Assembly: GCA_963704165.1 (NCBI GenBank)
Contig: CAVPHD010000009.1
Span: 325,866 to 389,865 of the forward strand
From: an uncultured delta proteobacterium
Lineage (GTDB): Bacteria > Myxococcota_A > UBA9160 > SZUA-336
Reading direction: 5' to 3'
Length of the DNA: 64,000 bases
In this document: positions 30,412-38,616 of the stretch, piece after piece
How positions within the stretch are numbered: the stretch's first letter is position 1
How the letters are laid out: the number at the start of each line of letters is the position of its first letter
Program-made: the position numbers and the translations under genes
The notes under the pieces: model-generated
What the model was told of the DNA's origin: nothing
Seen by the model: only the letters and a program-made list of their open reading frames with translations
Database searches by the model: none

Positions 30412-32217
30412 ATGAGACTCATCATCACGCTCGCGATTCTAGCCGGACTTGCCGCGACTTCCTCCGCGCAGGGGATCTTCACGGGACGCATCCACGACGC
30501 GCTCGGTGTACCGGTCGAGGGCGCGCTTGTCTCGTTCACGCACGGAGATCCACCGCACTCGATCACCGTCTACAGCGGGACCGACGGGCGCTACCGCACG
30601 CCCGCGCTCGCGGGAGAAGGTCCCTGGTCCGTGCGCGTGCGGCGAATCGGCTGGAGGGATCTCGAGCGGACGGGACTCGAAGCGCGCGGCGCGGCGACAT
30701 CACTCGACCTCGTGACGGAACGTGAGACCGATCCGGCCTCGGTCGCGGGACAGCTGCCCGCGAATCGCTGGTACGCGCTCCTGCTCGCGAAGCTCGACGA
30801 TCCGGCGCAGCGTGAAGAGCTGGTGCGACAGTGCACCTACTGCCACCAACAGGGGAACTGGGCGACACGCCTGCAGCGCCCGGACGAGCAGTGGGAGAAG
30901 GTCCTCTCGCTGATGGCGCGAATGGGCGCCGGTCTATCGCCGGAGCTGCGCGCTCAGGTGCCGGCGCTGTTCACGGCCGCGTACGACCCGACGACGGCGG
31001 TCGCGGCGCTCACCGCGAACATGACCGCGCCCGATTTCGCGCCGGCTCCCGCCGCGGAGGTGCGCGAGGCGATGATCGAGGAGTGGGTGCTCGGCGGTCC
31101 GGCTTCGATGCAGCACGACCTCGCCGTTCATCCCGACGGCAGCATCTACTCCGTCGACATGATGCAGGACAAGCTGTTCCGACTCGACGCGTCCGTGCCG
31201 GGCGGCAAGTCCGAGTCGTTCGACGTTCCCCAGGGCGACCTGCCGCTCGGCGGGGTCTTCGCGGGCGCGGGCTCGCCCGCACCTCCCAACGCCAACGCCC
31301 ACGTCGGTCCGCACTCGCTCCAGGTCGCGCCGGACGGCGCGATCTGGATCACGCTCGCGCTCGGCAATCAGCTCGCGCGCTTCGATCCGGGGACGAAGAA
31401 CTGGACGATCCATCCGCTCGAGCAGGGGTACTACCCGCACACGCTGCGCTTCGACGCCAAGGGGCGCATCTGGTACAGCGTGGCCGCGTCGAACCACATC
31501 GGTGTATACGATCCGAGCGACGGCTCGCATCGCTGGATCCAGCTGCCCGCGCCGACCTGGGGACAAGCGTTCGCGTCCCGCGCCATGCCCTTCTTCCTCT
31601 GGGTCGGCCAGTACGTCGATCTCGGGGGTGCGAGCGGGGGCGAGGGTTTGAGCGCGCCGGTGCCCTACGGCATCGACATCGCACCGGACGGCGGTGTCTG
31701 GTTCAGTCAGCTGAATGCCCACCGGATCGGACGCATCGAGCCGGAGACGCTCGAGATCGAGCTCATCGACACGCCCTTCACGGCACCACGGCGGCTCCGC
31801 TTCGACGGCGAGGGAAAGCTCTGGATCCCCGGCTTCTCGTCGGGTCTGCTGGCGCGCTTCGACCCGGAAACGCGGAAGTTCGAGTCCTGGCCGATCCCGA
31901 TCGAGCCGCTCGGCAGCGAGACGCCCTACGCGCTGAACGTCGATCGCGAGCGGAACCTGGTCTGGATCTGCGGCACGAACAGCGACACGCTGATCCGCTT
32001 CGATCCGCGCACCGAGCGCTTCACCGTCTATCCGCTGCCGACACGCGTCACCTACACACGCGAGCTCGACTTCGACGCGGAGGGCCGCGTGTGGACCTCG
32101 AACTCGAACCTTCCCGCCTGGCAGATCGAGGGAATGCTGCCGCGCGTGCTGCGACTCGACCCGCAGGCGCTACCAGCCGCGATCGCCCTCGACGCGAGCC
32201 GCGAAACGTCTCCGTGA
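30412..32217 (+). CDS. Exported protein: carboxypeptidase-regulatory-like domain + c-type heme (CTYCH) + Vgb-like beta-propeller
   Basis: Signal peptide; GRIHDALGVPVEGALV; CTYCH; repeated PH/PY..xPDGxIW propeller blades. Confidence 0.75.
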   Translation: MRLIITLAILAGLAATSSAQGIFTGRIHDALGVPVEGALVSFTHGDPPHSITVYSGTDGRYRTPALAGEGPWSVRVRRIGWRDLERTGLEARGAATSLDLVTERETDPASVAGQLPANRWYALLLAKLDDPAQREELVRQCTYCHQQGNWATRLQRPDEQWEKVLSLMARMGAGLSPELRAQVPALFTAAYDPTTAVAALTANMTAPDFAPAPAAEVREAMIEEWVLGGPASMQHDLAVHPDGSIYSVDMMQDKLFRLDASVPGGKSESFDVPQGDLPLGGVFAGAGSPAPPNANAHVGPHSLQVAPDGAIWITLALGNQLARFDPGTKNWTIHPLEQGYYPHTLRFDAKGRIWYSVAASNHIGVYDPSDGSHRWIQLPAPTWGQAFASRAMPFFLWVGQYVDLGGASGGEGLSAPVPYGIDIAPDGGVWFSQLNAHRIGRIEPETLEIELIDTPFTAPRRLRFDGEGKLWIPGFSSGLLARFDPETRKFESWPIPIEPLGSETPYALNVDRERNLVWICGTNSDTLIRFDPRTERFTVYPLPTRVTYTRELDFDAEGRVWTSNSNLPAWQIEGMLPRVLRLDPQALPAAIALDASRETSP

Positions 32218-32245
32218 CCGAGACGGGAATCTGCCTGTACGCGGC

Positions 32246-33256
32246 TCAGCCCATCTCCGCGACGACCGCGACCACGCGTTCCGCGCTCGGCAGGAATGCG
32301 TCCTCGAGCACCGGGCTGAAGGGCACGGGTGAGTGCGGCGCCGTCACCCGCTTCACGGGCGCCCGCAGGTAGTCGAAGCCGCGATCGACGCAGAGCGCCG
32401 CGATGTCGGACGCGATCCCGCAACGCGGCGGCGCCTCGTCGATCACGACCAGGCGTCCGGTACGCGCGAGCGCTTCGAGGATTCCCTCTTCGTCGAGTGG
32501 CTGCAGCGAACGCAGGTCGAGCACGAGCGCGCTCGTTCCGCTCGCCTCGAGCGACGCCGCCGCCTCGATCGCGGTCTGCACCGTCCGACCGACACCGACG
32601 AGCGTCACATCCGAGCCGTCGCGCACGACGTTCGCCTTGCCGAGCGGGATCATGTAGTCCTCCTCGGGCACCTCGGACGTCGAGAACAGGAGCGACTTCG
32701 GCTCGCAGAAGACGACCGGATCGTCGTCGCGGATCGCCGAGAGCAGGAGTCCCTTGGCGTCGTATCCGTTCGACGGACAGATGGTCTTCAGCCCGGGAAT
32801 CGAGGTCGTGATCCCGTACAGCGTCTGCGAGTGCTGCGCGGCCGCGCGAAGTCCGGCGCCGACGAGCGTGCGCACCGTGAGCGGCACCCGCGCCTTGCCG
32901 CCGAGCATGTAGCGGAGCTTCGCCGCCTGGTTGAGCAACGGGTCGAGCGACACGCCGAGGAAGTCCATGAACATGAGCTCGACGATCGGTCGCATTCCCG
33001 TCGCGGCGGAGCCGACCGCGGTCGAGAGGAATCCCATCTCGCTGATCGGGGTGTCGAGCACGCGATCGGGGCCGAATCTCTTCAGCAGACCCTTGGTCAT
33101 GCCCATGATTCCGCCCCAGGCTTCCTCGATGCCCTGCTCTTCTCGGCCGCCACCGCCCGCGACGTCCTCTCCGAGCAGGATCACGTCGGGGTCGCTGGCC
33201 ATCGCGATGTGCATCGCCTCGTTGATCGCCTGGAGCATCGTGATGCTGCGCCCCAT
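32246..33256 (-). CDS. acoB: Acetoin/2-oxoacid dehydrogenase E1 beta subunit
   Basis: GEDV, DTPISE, GMRPIVELMFMDF, NQAAKLRYM, AAQHSQ, DLRSLQPLD. Confidence 0.85.
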   Translation of the reverse strand: MGRSITMLQAINEAMHIAMASDPDVILLGEDVAGGGGREEQGIEEAWGGIMGMTKGLLKRFGPDRVLDTPISEMGFLSTAVGSAATGMRPIVELMFMDFLGVSLDPLLNQAAKLRYMLGGKARVPLTVRTLVGAGLRAAAQHSQTLYGITTSIPGLKTICPSNGYDAKGLLLSAIRDDDPVVFCEPKSLLFSTSEVPEEDYMIPLGKANVVRDGSDVTLVGVGRTVQTAIEAAASLEASGTSALVLDLRSLQPLDEEGILEALARTGRLVVIDEAPPRCGIASDIAALCVDRGFDYLRAPVKRVTAPHSPVPFSPVLEDAFLPSAERVVAVVAEMG

Positions 33257-33259
33257 CGC

Positions 33260-34231
33260 TCAGCGCTCCGTCACGTAGACGTCGGTCGTGACCTGATCCG
33301 CCGTCGGAAACGGACTCGCCTCGGCATAGGCGACCGACTCCTCGAGCAGTCGCACGACGTCCCCATCGACCGTGCGCAGACTCTCCGCATCCACCAGGCC
33401 GGCCTCGCGGACGCGGGACTCGAAGAGGTCGAGCGGGTCGCGCTTCTGCTTCCAGGTCTCCATCTCTTCCTTCGAGCGGTAGGCCATGTTGTCGCCGACG
33501 TAGTGCCCCATGAAGCGGTAGGTCTTGCACTCGAGGAGCGTCGGGCCGTGTCCTGCGCGCGCGCGCTCGATCGCGAGACCGGCCTTCTCGTACACGTCGA
33601 AGAAATCCATCCCGTCGGCGATCACGCTGTTCATCGCGTAGGCCTTCGCGCGCTCGGCGATGTCGACCACCGACGTGACGAACTCCATCGGAGTCGCCTC
33701 ACCGTAGCCGTTGTTCTCGCAGACGAAGACCACCGGGAGCTTCCAGATCGCCGCGATGTTCATCGCCTCGTGGAACTGGCCCTGGTTGCTCGCGCCATCG
33801 CCGAAGAACGCGATCGACACGCCACCGGTCTTCTTCAGCTTCGCCGTGAGCCCCGCGCCCGCGGCCAGGCCGAGCCCCCCGCCGACGATGCCGTTCGCGC
33901 CGAGCATGCCGCGGTCGAGATCGGCGATGTGCATCGAGCCGCCCTTGCCCTTGCACGTGCCGGTCGAGCGGCCGAAGAGCTCCGCCATCATTCCCGGAAC
34001 GTCCACGCCCTTCGCGATGCAGTGACCGTGTCCTCGGTGCGTCGACGAGACGATGTCGCGGTCGGAGAGGTGCGTGCACACACCGACGGCGACGGCCTCT
34101 TCGCCGGCGTACAGGTGCAGAAATCCCGCGAGGCGGCCCGCACCGACGAGCTCGACGAGCTTCTCCTCGAAGCTGCGAATCGTGCGCATCTGCCGATAGA
34201 CCTCGACGAGATCGTCGCGACCGAGATTCAT
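33260..34231 (-). CDS. acoA: Acetoin/2-oxoacid dehydrogenase E1 alpha subunit
   Basis: GFLHLYAGEEA, STHRGHGH, GKGGSMH, GDGA...ENNGY TPP motif, TYRFMGH. Confidence 0.85.
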   Translation of the reverse strand: MNLGRDDLVEVYRQMRTIRSFEEKLVELVGAGRLAGFLHLYAGEEAVAVGVCTHLSDRDIVSSTHRGHGHCIAKGVDVPGMMAELFGRSTGTCKGKGGSMHIADLDRGMLGANGIVGGGLGLAAGAGLTAKLKKTGGVSIAFFGDGASNQGQFHEAMNIAAIWKLPVVFVCENNGYGEATPMEFVTSVVDIAERAKAYAMNSVIADGMDFFDVYEKAGLAIERARAGHGPTLLECKTYRFMGHYVGDNMAYRSKEEMETWKQKRDPLDLFESRVREAGLVDAESLRTVDGDVVRLLEESVAYAEASPFPTADQVTTDVYVTER

Positions 34232-34310
34232 CGAGTGATCCTCCGAGACCGGTTGAGGCATTGTAGACGCTCTGCCACTCTGCCGTCCGGCCAGGGCGCC
34301 AGGAGACGGG

Positions 34311-35603
34311 ATGCCGTTCGCGATCGCGATGCCGAAGCTCGGGATGACGATGAAGGAAGGAACGGTGCTCGAGTGGCGCGCCGCCCCTGGCGACGCGGTG
34401 ATGAAGGGCCAGGTCGTTCTCCTGATCGAATCGGAGAAGACCGAGGTCGAAATCGAGTCTCCGGCGAGCGGCGTGCTGCGGCACGTGTATGTCGAGCCGG
34501 ACTCACTCGTGCCGTGCGGAACCTTCCTCGCGGTGATCACCGAGCCCGCGGACGAGGGCTTCGACGCCGAGTCGTTCCGCGCGCAGAACGAGCGCGCGGA
34601 AGTCCGGCCCGCCGCGGCCCCGAAGCCGGCGGCCAGAGCCGCGGCCAGCGTCGGCGCGGCCACGACGGCGCTCCCCCGGCCGGCGGAACCGCCCGTCGTT
34701 CCCGCCGCACGCAGACGCGCGAAGGACCTCGACGTCGATCTCGCGCGCGTCGTCGGCAGCGGCGTGAACGGCCGCGTCAGCGTCGAGGACGTCGAGGCGT
34801 ACGCTTCACAGATGGGCGAGCGCGTCGAGGTCGCCCCGGGCGTCCGGCTCGAGGTGGCGAGCCAGGGCACGGGCGAGACGGTGCTGCTGCTGCCGGGCTT
34901 CGGCTCGGACGTATCCGTGTTCAGTCCTCAGATTCCCGCGCTCGCGCAGTCCTACCGGGTGCGCGGCGTCAATCCGCGCGGTGTCGGTTTCTCGAGTGCA
35001 CCCGGCGGCGAGCGCGACGACGTATCGACCGCGGCATCCGATGTCTCGGCCGTGATCGACGCGCCCGTTCACGTGATCGGCGCGAGCCTCGGCGCTGCGG
35101 TCGCGATCGAGCTGGCACTCATGCGTCCCGAGCTCGTCCGCTCGCTCGTCCTGATCACGCCCTTCGTGACCGCGACGCCGCGACTGCTCGCCGTCGCCTT
35201 CGCCTGGGCCCGTGTCGCCGAGGACGCGAAGCCCGAAGCGCTCGCGGCGATGCTCCTGCCCTGGCTCTACGGAAACGCGTTCCTCGCCGATGCCGGCGCG
35301 GCACGGCGCGCTTCGAAGGCGCTCGCGGACGCCGCGTCTCGAGTTCCGGCCTCGACGCTGCTCCGACAGGCCGAGGGTCTGCGCGCCTGGTCGGGCACGC
35401 GCGCGACCGACCTCGGCCGACTGCGCGCGCGTACGCTCGTGATCGCCGCCGAGGACGACCTGCTGACTCCCGCTGCGGCGGAGATCGCCGGGCTCGTTCC
35501 CGGCGCGAGGCTCGAACTCGTTCCGGGCGCGGGACATGCCGTCGGGATCGAGGCGGGCGACGCGGTGAGCCGGGCGATCCTCGCGCACCTCGCGAGCGAC
35601 TGA
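34311..35603 (+). CDS. AcoC-type E2: lipoyl domain + peripheral subunit-binding domain + alpha/beta hydrolase
   Basis: MPKLGMTMKEG, ESEKT (lipoyl Lys), PAARRRA...GSGVNGRV, GASLG, EDDLL, GAGH. Confidence 0.8.
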   Translation: MPFAIAMPKLGMTMKEGTVLEWRAAPGDAVMKGQVVLLIESEKTEVEIESPASGVLRHVYVEPDSLVPCGTFLAVITEPADEGFDAESFRAQNERAEVRPAAAPKPAARAAASVGAATTALPRPAEPPVVPAARRRAKDLDVDLARVVGSGVNGRVSVEDVEAYASQMGERVEVAPGVRLEVASQGTGETVLLLPGFGSDVSVFSPQIPALAQSYRVRGVNPRGVGFSSAPGGERDDVSTAASDVSAVIDAPVHVIGASLGAAVAIELALMRPELVRSLVLITPFVTATPRLLAVAFAWARVAEDAKPEALAAMLLPWLYGNAFLADAGAARRASKALADAASRVPASTLLRQAEGLRAWSGTRATDLGRLRARTLVIAAEDDLLTPAAAEIAGLVPGARLELVPGAGHAVGIEAGDAVSRAILAHLASD

Positions 35604-35618
35604 GCGCCGTACACGCGA

Positions 35619-36599
35619 ATGCAGCGGCTGGATCGCGCCGAATTCGAAGCCGCTGGCGCGGCCTACGACCGGGCGGTGGCCGCGGATCGGACGATCGATC
35701 GCTTCTGCTCGCGCAGCGCCTGGATCCTCTCGTTTCACGACGCCTTCCACCCGCGCGCGAAGCTCTGCATCGCGCGCGTGGACGACGACTTCGTCGCGCT
35801 CGCGGCGGTGGACGAACCCGGACTCGGCATCGTCCTCGAGCCGCTCGAGGCGATGTGGGGCTTCGCCTCGCCTCTGGTCGGAGACGGTGGCGCGGATCTT
35901 CTGCGACGACTCCTCGAACCGTCGGCGGATCACTTCGAGCGCGCGCCGCTCCTGCTGCGGGGCCTTCCCGTCGTGCGCTCGCGCCTGGAGCCGCTGCTTC
36001 GCGTGCTCGAGGCGCGCTTCGCGTTCCGGCCCATCACCCACACCGTTCGGTTTCAGGCCTCGCTCGAAGGCGGATTCGACGGCTGGCTCGCTCGACGGAG
36101 CCCGCGGTTCAGGAAGAACCTCCGCGCGGCGCGAAGTCGGACACGCGCGGCCGGCGTCCGCTTCGAGTGCATGACCCCGCTCGACCCGCTCGCGACGTCG
36201 GCCCTGTACGAACGCGCGCTCGCGATCGAGCGAGACAGCTGGAAGACGCGCAGCGGAAATGGTGTCGACCGCGGACCCATGCGCGAGTTCTACGCGCGCA
36301 TGCTGCCCCGGCTGGCCACGGCCGGCGCGCTTCGCGTGCTGCTCGCCGCGCGCGACGGCGTCGATCTCGGCTACCTGTACGGCGGGGTCGCGGAGCGGTC
36401 GTTCCGCGGACTGCAGTTCAGCTTCCGCGAAGAAGTTCGGGATCTCGGACTCGGCAACGCGCTTCAGGCCGAAATGCTGGAACGGCTCTGCGCGGAGGGG
36501 ATCGAGAGCTACGACCTCGGATCGCAGTCCGACTACAAGCGACACTGGGCCGAAGTCGGCCAGATCACGACCGGACTTCTGGCCATTCCGCGCGCCTGA
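35619..36599 (+). CDS. GNAT family acetyltransferase (CelD/BcsL-like)
   Basis: FDGWLARRSPRFRKNLR, SWK, LGLGNAL, YDLG..DYKRHW. Confidence 0.7.
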   Translation: MQRLDRAEFEAAGAAYDRAVAADRTIDRFCSRSAWILSFHDAFHPRAKLCIARVDDDFVALAAVDEPGLGIVLEPLEAMWGFASPLVGDGGADLLRRLLEPSADHFERAPLLLRGLPVVRSRLEPLLRVLEARFAFRPITHTVRFQASLEGGFDGWLARRSPRFRKNLRAARSRTRAAGVRFECMTPLDPLATSALYERALAIERDSWKTRSGNGVDRGPMREFYARMLPRLATAGALRVLLAARDGVDLGYLYGGVAERSFRGLQFSFREEVRDLGLGNALQAEMLERLCAEGIESYDLGSQSDYKRHWAEVGQITTGLLAIPRA

Positions 36600-36627
36600 T
36601 CGAAGCGGACCGGCGTCGAGAAGAAGC

Positions 36628-37812
36628 TCAGCTCCGAGGCAGTCCGAGCACGCGTTCCGAGAGGATGTTGCGCTGGATTTCGCTCGACCCGCCGTAGATC
36701 GTGTAGGCGCGCGACCAGAGCTCGCGCCATTGCCAGATCCCCGCGTCGATGCCGCGCGGGCCGTCGTGCCAGAGCTGTCCGTAGGCGCCCTGCACGTCGG
36801 TGGCGAGTCGCATCAGTCGCTGCTCGAACTCCGATTGCTGAAGCTTGTAGCGACTCGATTCCGGGCCCGGGGGTCGGCCGTCCTTGAGATCCTCCATCGC
36901 CTTCAGCACACCCTGACGCAGGGCCTCGAACTCGATCCGAAGCGCCGACCAGCGCTGGCGGAAACGCGGGTCGTCACTGATCCGCGTCGTTCCCCGGCGG
37001 GACGACCGCGCGCGATCCGCGATCTCGTCGAGCAGATCGCCGTAGCGAAGCACCGTGATGTCCGCACCGCGCTCGTGGCGGAGCACGTGATTGGCGATCT
37101 GCCAGCCCTGCGTCGGCGCTCCGACCATGTTCTCCGCCGGCACGCGAACGCCCTCGAAGAAGACCTCGCAGAAGTCGCGGTCGGTCGTCGCGTTCACGAT
37201 CGGCCGGACCTCGATGCCCGGCGTCGCCATCTCGATCAGCAGGAATCCGATGCCCTCCTGCTTCTTCACCGCCGGGTCGGTGCGCACCAGGCAGAAGATC
37301 CAGTCGCCGTGGATTCCGTTCGTGGTCCAGATCTTCTGCCCATCGACCCGGTACTCGTCGCCACTTCGCGTGGCACGCGTCGTGAGGCCGGCGAGGTCCG
37401 AGCCCGCTCCCGGCTCGGAGTAGCCCTGAACCCAGATCTCCTCGGCCGAGAGGATCTTCGCGAGATGGCGCTGCTTCTGCTTTTCGCTTCCGAACTCGAG
37501 CAGCGCCGGAGCACAGAGCGTGAGTCCGATCACGTTCACGAGCGGCGGCGCCTTCGCGTGCTGGAACTCCTCGGCGCGGATCAGCTCGTGCGCGAGCGAG
37601 AGCCCCTGCCCTCCGTACGCCCGGGGCCAGAGCAATCCCATGTATCCGGCACGGAAGACCGTGCGCTGCCACTCGCGCAGGTCGGCGAAACGGCTCTCCG
37701 ACACCTCGAAGACCGTCGCCCAGCGCTCCGCGCGCCACCACGCGGGGATGTTCGCTTCGAGCCAGCTCCGCAGCTCGAGGCGCCAGGCATCGAGCCCTTC
37801 TTCAGCGCGCAC
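36628..37812 (-). CDS. Acyl-CoA dehydrogenase family protein
   Basis: WVQGYSEPGAGSDLA, GQKIWTT, FCEVFF, TIYGGSSEIQRNILSERVLGLP. Confidence 0.92.
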   Translation of the reverse strand: MRAEEGLDAWRLELRSWLEANIPAWWRAERWATVFEVSESRFADLREWQRTVFRAGYMGLLWPRAYGGQGLSLAHELIRAEEFQHAKAPPLVNVIGLTLCAPALLEFGSEKQKQRHLAKILSAEEIWVQGYSEPGAGSDLAGLTTRATRSGDEYRVDGQKIWTTNGIHGDWIFCLVRTDPAVKKQEGIGFLLIEMATPGIEVRPIVNATTDRDFCEVFFEGVRVPAENMVGAPTQGWQIANHVLRHERGADITVLRYGDLLDEIADRARSSRRGTTRISDDPRFRQRWSALRIEFEALRQGVLKAMEDLKDGRPPGPESSRYKLQQSEFEQRLMRLATDVQGAYGQLWHDGPRGIDAGIWQWRELWSRAYTIYGGSSEIQRNILSERVLGLPRS

Positions 37813-38455
37813 CTGACTTCATCCTCTCCGCCATCGCAGCGCTCATCTCGTCGAGCGCCTTCGCGACCGCCGGGTGCTTCGCAACGGTCTCGCCCACGCG
37901 CGCGAGCCGCGGCCGTCCTTCGAGCGGGTTCTTGCCACCGAGCATGGGAATCACGCGCGTCAGGAAGAAGAAGACCGGACAGAGCGCACAGTCCGCGAGC
38001 GTGAGCTCGGGACCCGCTGCGTACGGCCCCTCGGGCGCGACGAGCGACTCGAGCTGGTCGAGCCGCGTCGAGAGATCCGCGAGCTTCTCGTCGACGATCT
38101 TCGGATCGCGCGTCGCCGGATTCATCTGCCCGAAGAGCGCGCTGAGCGGGGGCGCGAGGTACAGGTCCGAGAAACGCGAGAGCGTTCGCATTCGCGCGCA
38201 TGCGAGTGGATCGGCCGGGCGCAGCGACGGTGTCGGGAAGCGGTCCTCGAGATACTCGACGATGACTTCCGACTCGACGATCAGAGCGCCGTCGGCATCG
38301 AGGGCGGGCACCTTGCCGAGCGGATTGAGCCGCTTGAATTCGCTCGAGCCCGTTCCGCCCGGCGGCGGAAGGATCTCGACGGGCAGGTTCTTCGCGTAGA
38401 TCGCGATCCGCACGCGAGCGCTGTAGGGCGAGAGGTTCGAGTTGTACAGCTTCAC
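37802..38455 (-). CDS. Glutathione S-transferase
   Basis: GGAGG RBS and GTG start; SPYSARVR, NPLGKVPAL, ESEVIVEYL, TLAD. Confidence 0.9.
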   Translation of the reverse strand: MKLYNSNLSPYSARVRIAIYAKNLPVEILPPPGGTGSSEFKRLNPLGKVPALDADGALIVESEVIVEYLEDRFPTPSLRPADPLACARMRTLSRFSDLYLAPPLSALFGQMNPATRDPKIVDEKLADLSTRLDQLESLVAPEGPYAAGPELTLADCALCPVFFFLTRVIPMLGGKNPLEGRPRLARVGETVAKHPAVAKALDEMSAAMAERMKSGAR

Positions 38456-38580
38456 GTTGCGTCCTCCGGGTGGATGGCCTGCGGGTTGGCGGTGCGGCGC
38501 CGATCCTACACGAGCGCCGACGCCGATGGCGGACCTGGCCGTCGCTGACGCGCCCGACACCCGGAGCGGGTTCCGCGAGC

Positions 38581-38606
38581 TAAATCCCCGGGGGCGCGGC
38601 TCCGAT
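38581..38606 (+). promoter_or_regulatory. Sigma28-like promoter TAAAT-N15-TCCGAT upstream of the TPR kinase
   Basis: Same spacing as the motifs at 24923-24948 and 43920-43945; 10 nt before ATG. Confidence 0.4.
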
Positions 38607-38616
38607 CTGCGAAGGA

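Noticed and set aside
32333..36697. 1454-aa plus-strand ORF and similar long Arg/Ala-rich ORFs (e.g. 38629-41931, 40869-44264, 50106-52880, 19333-22173)
   Set aside because: Low-complexity translations with no motifs that overlap well-supported genes in other frames.
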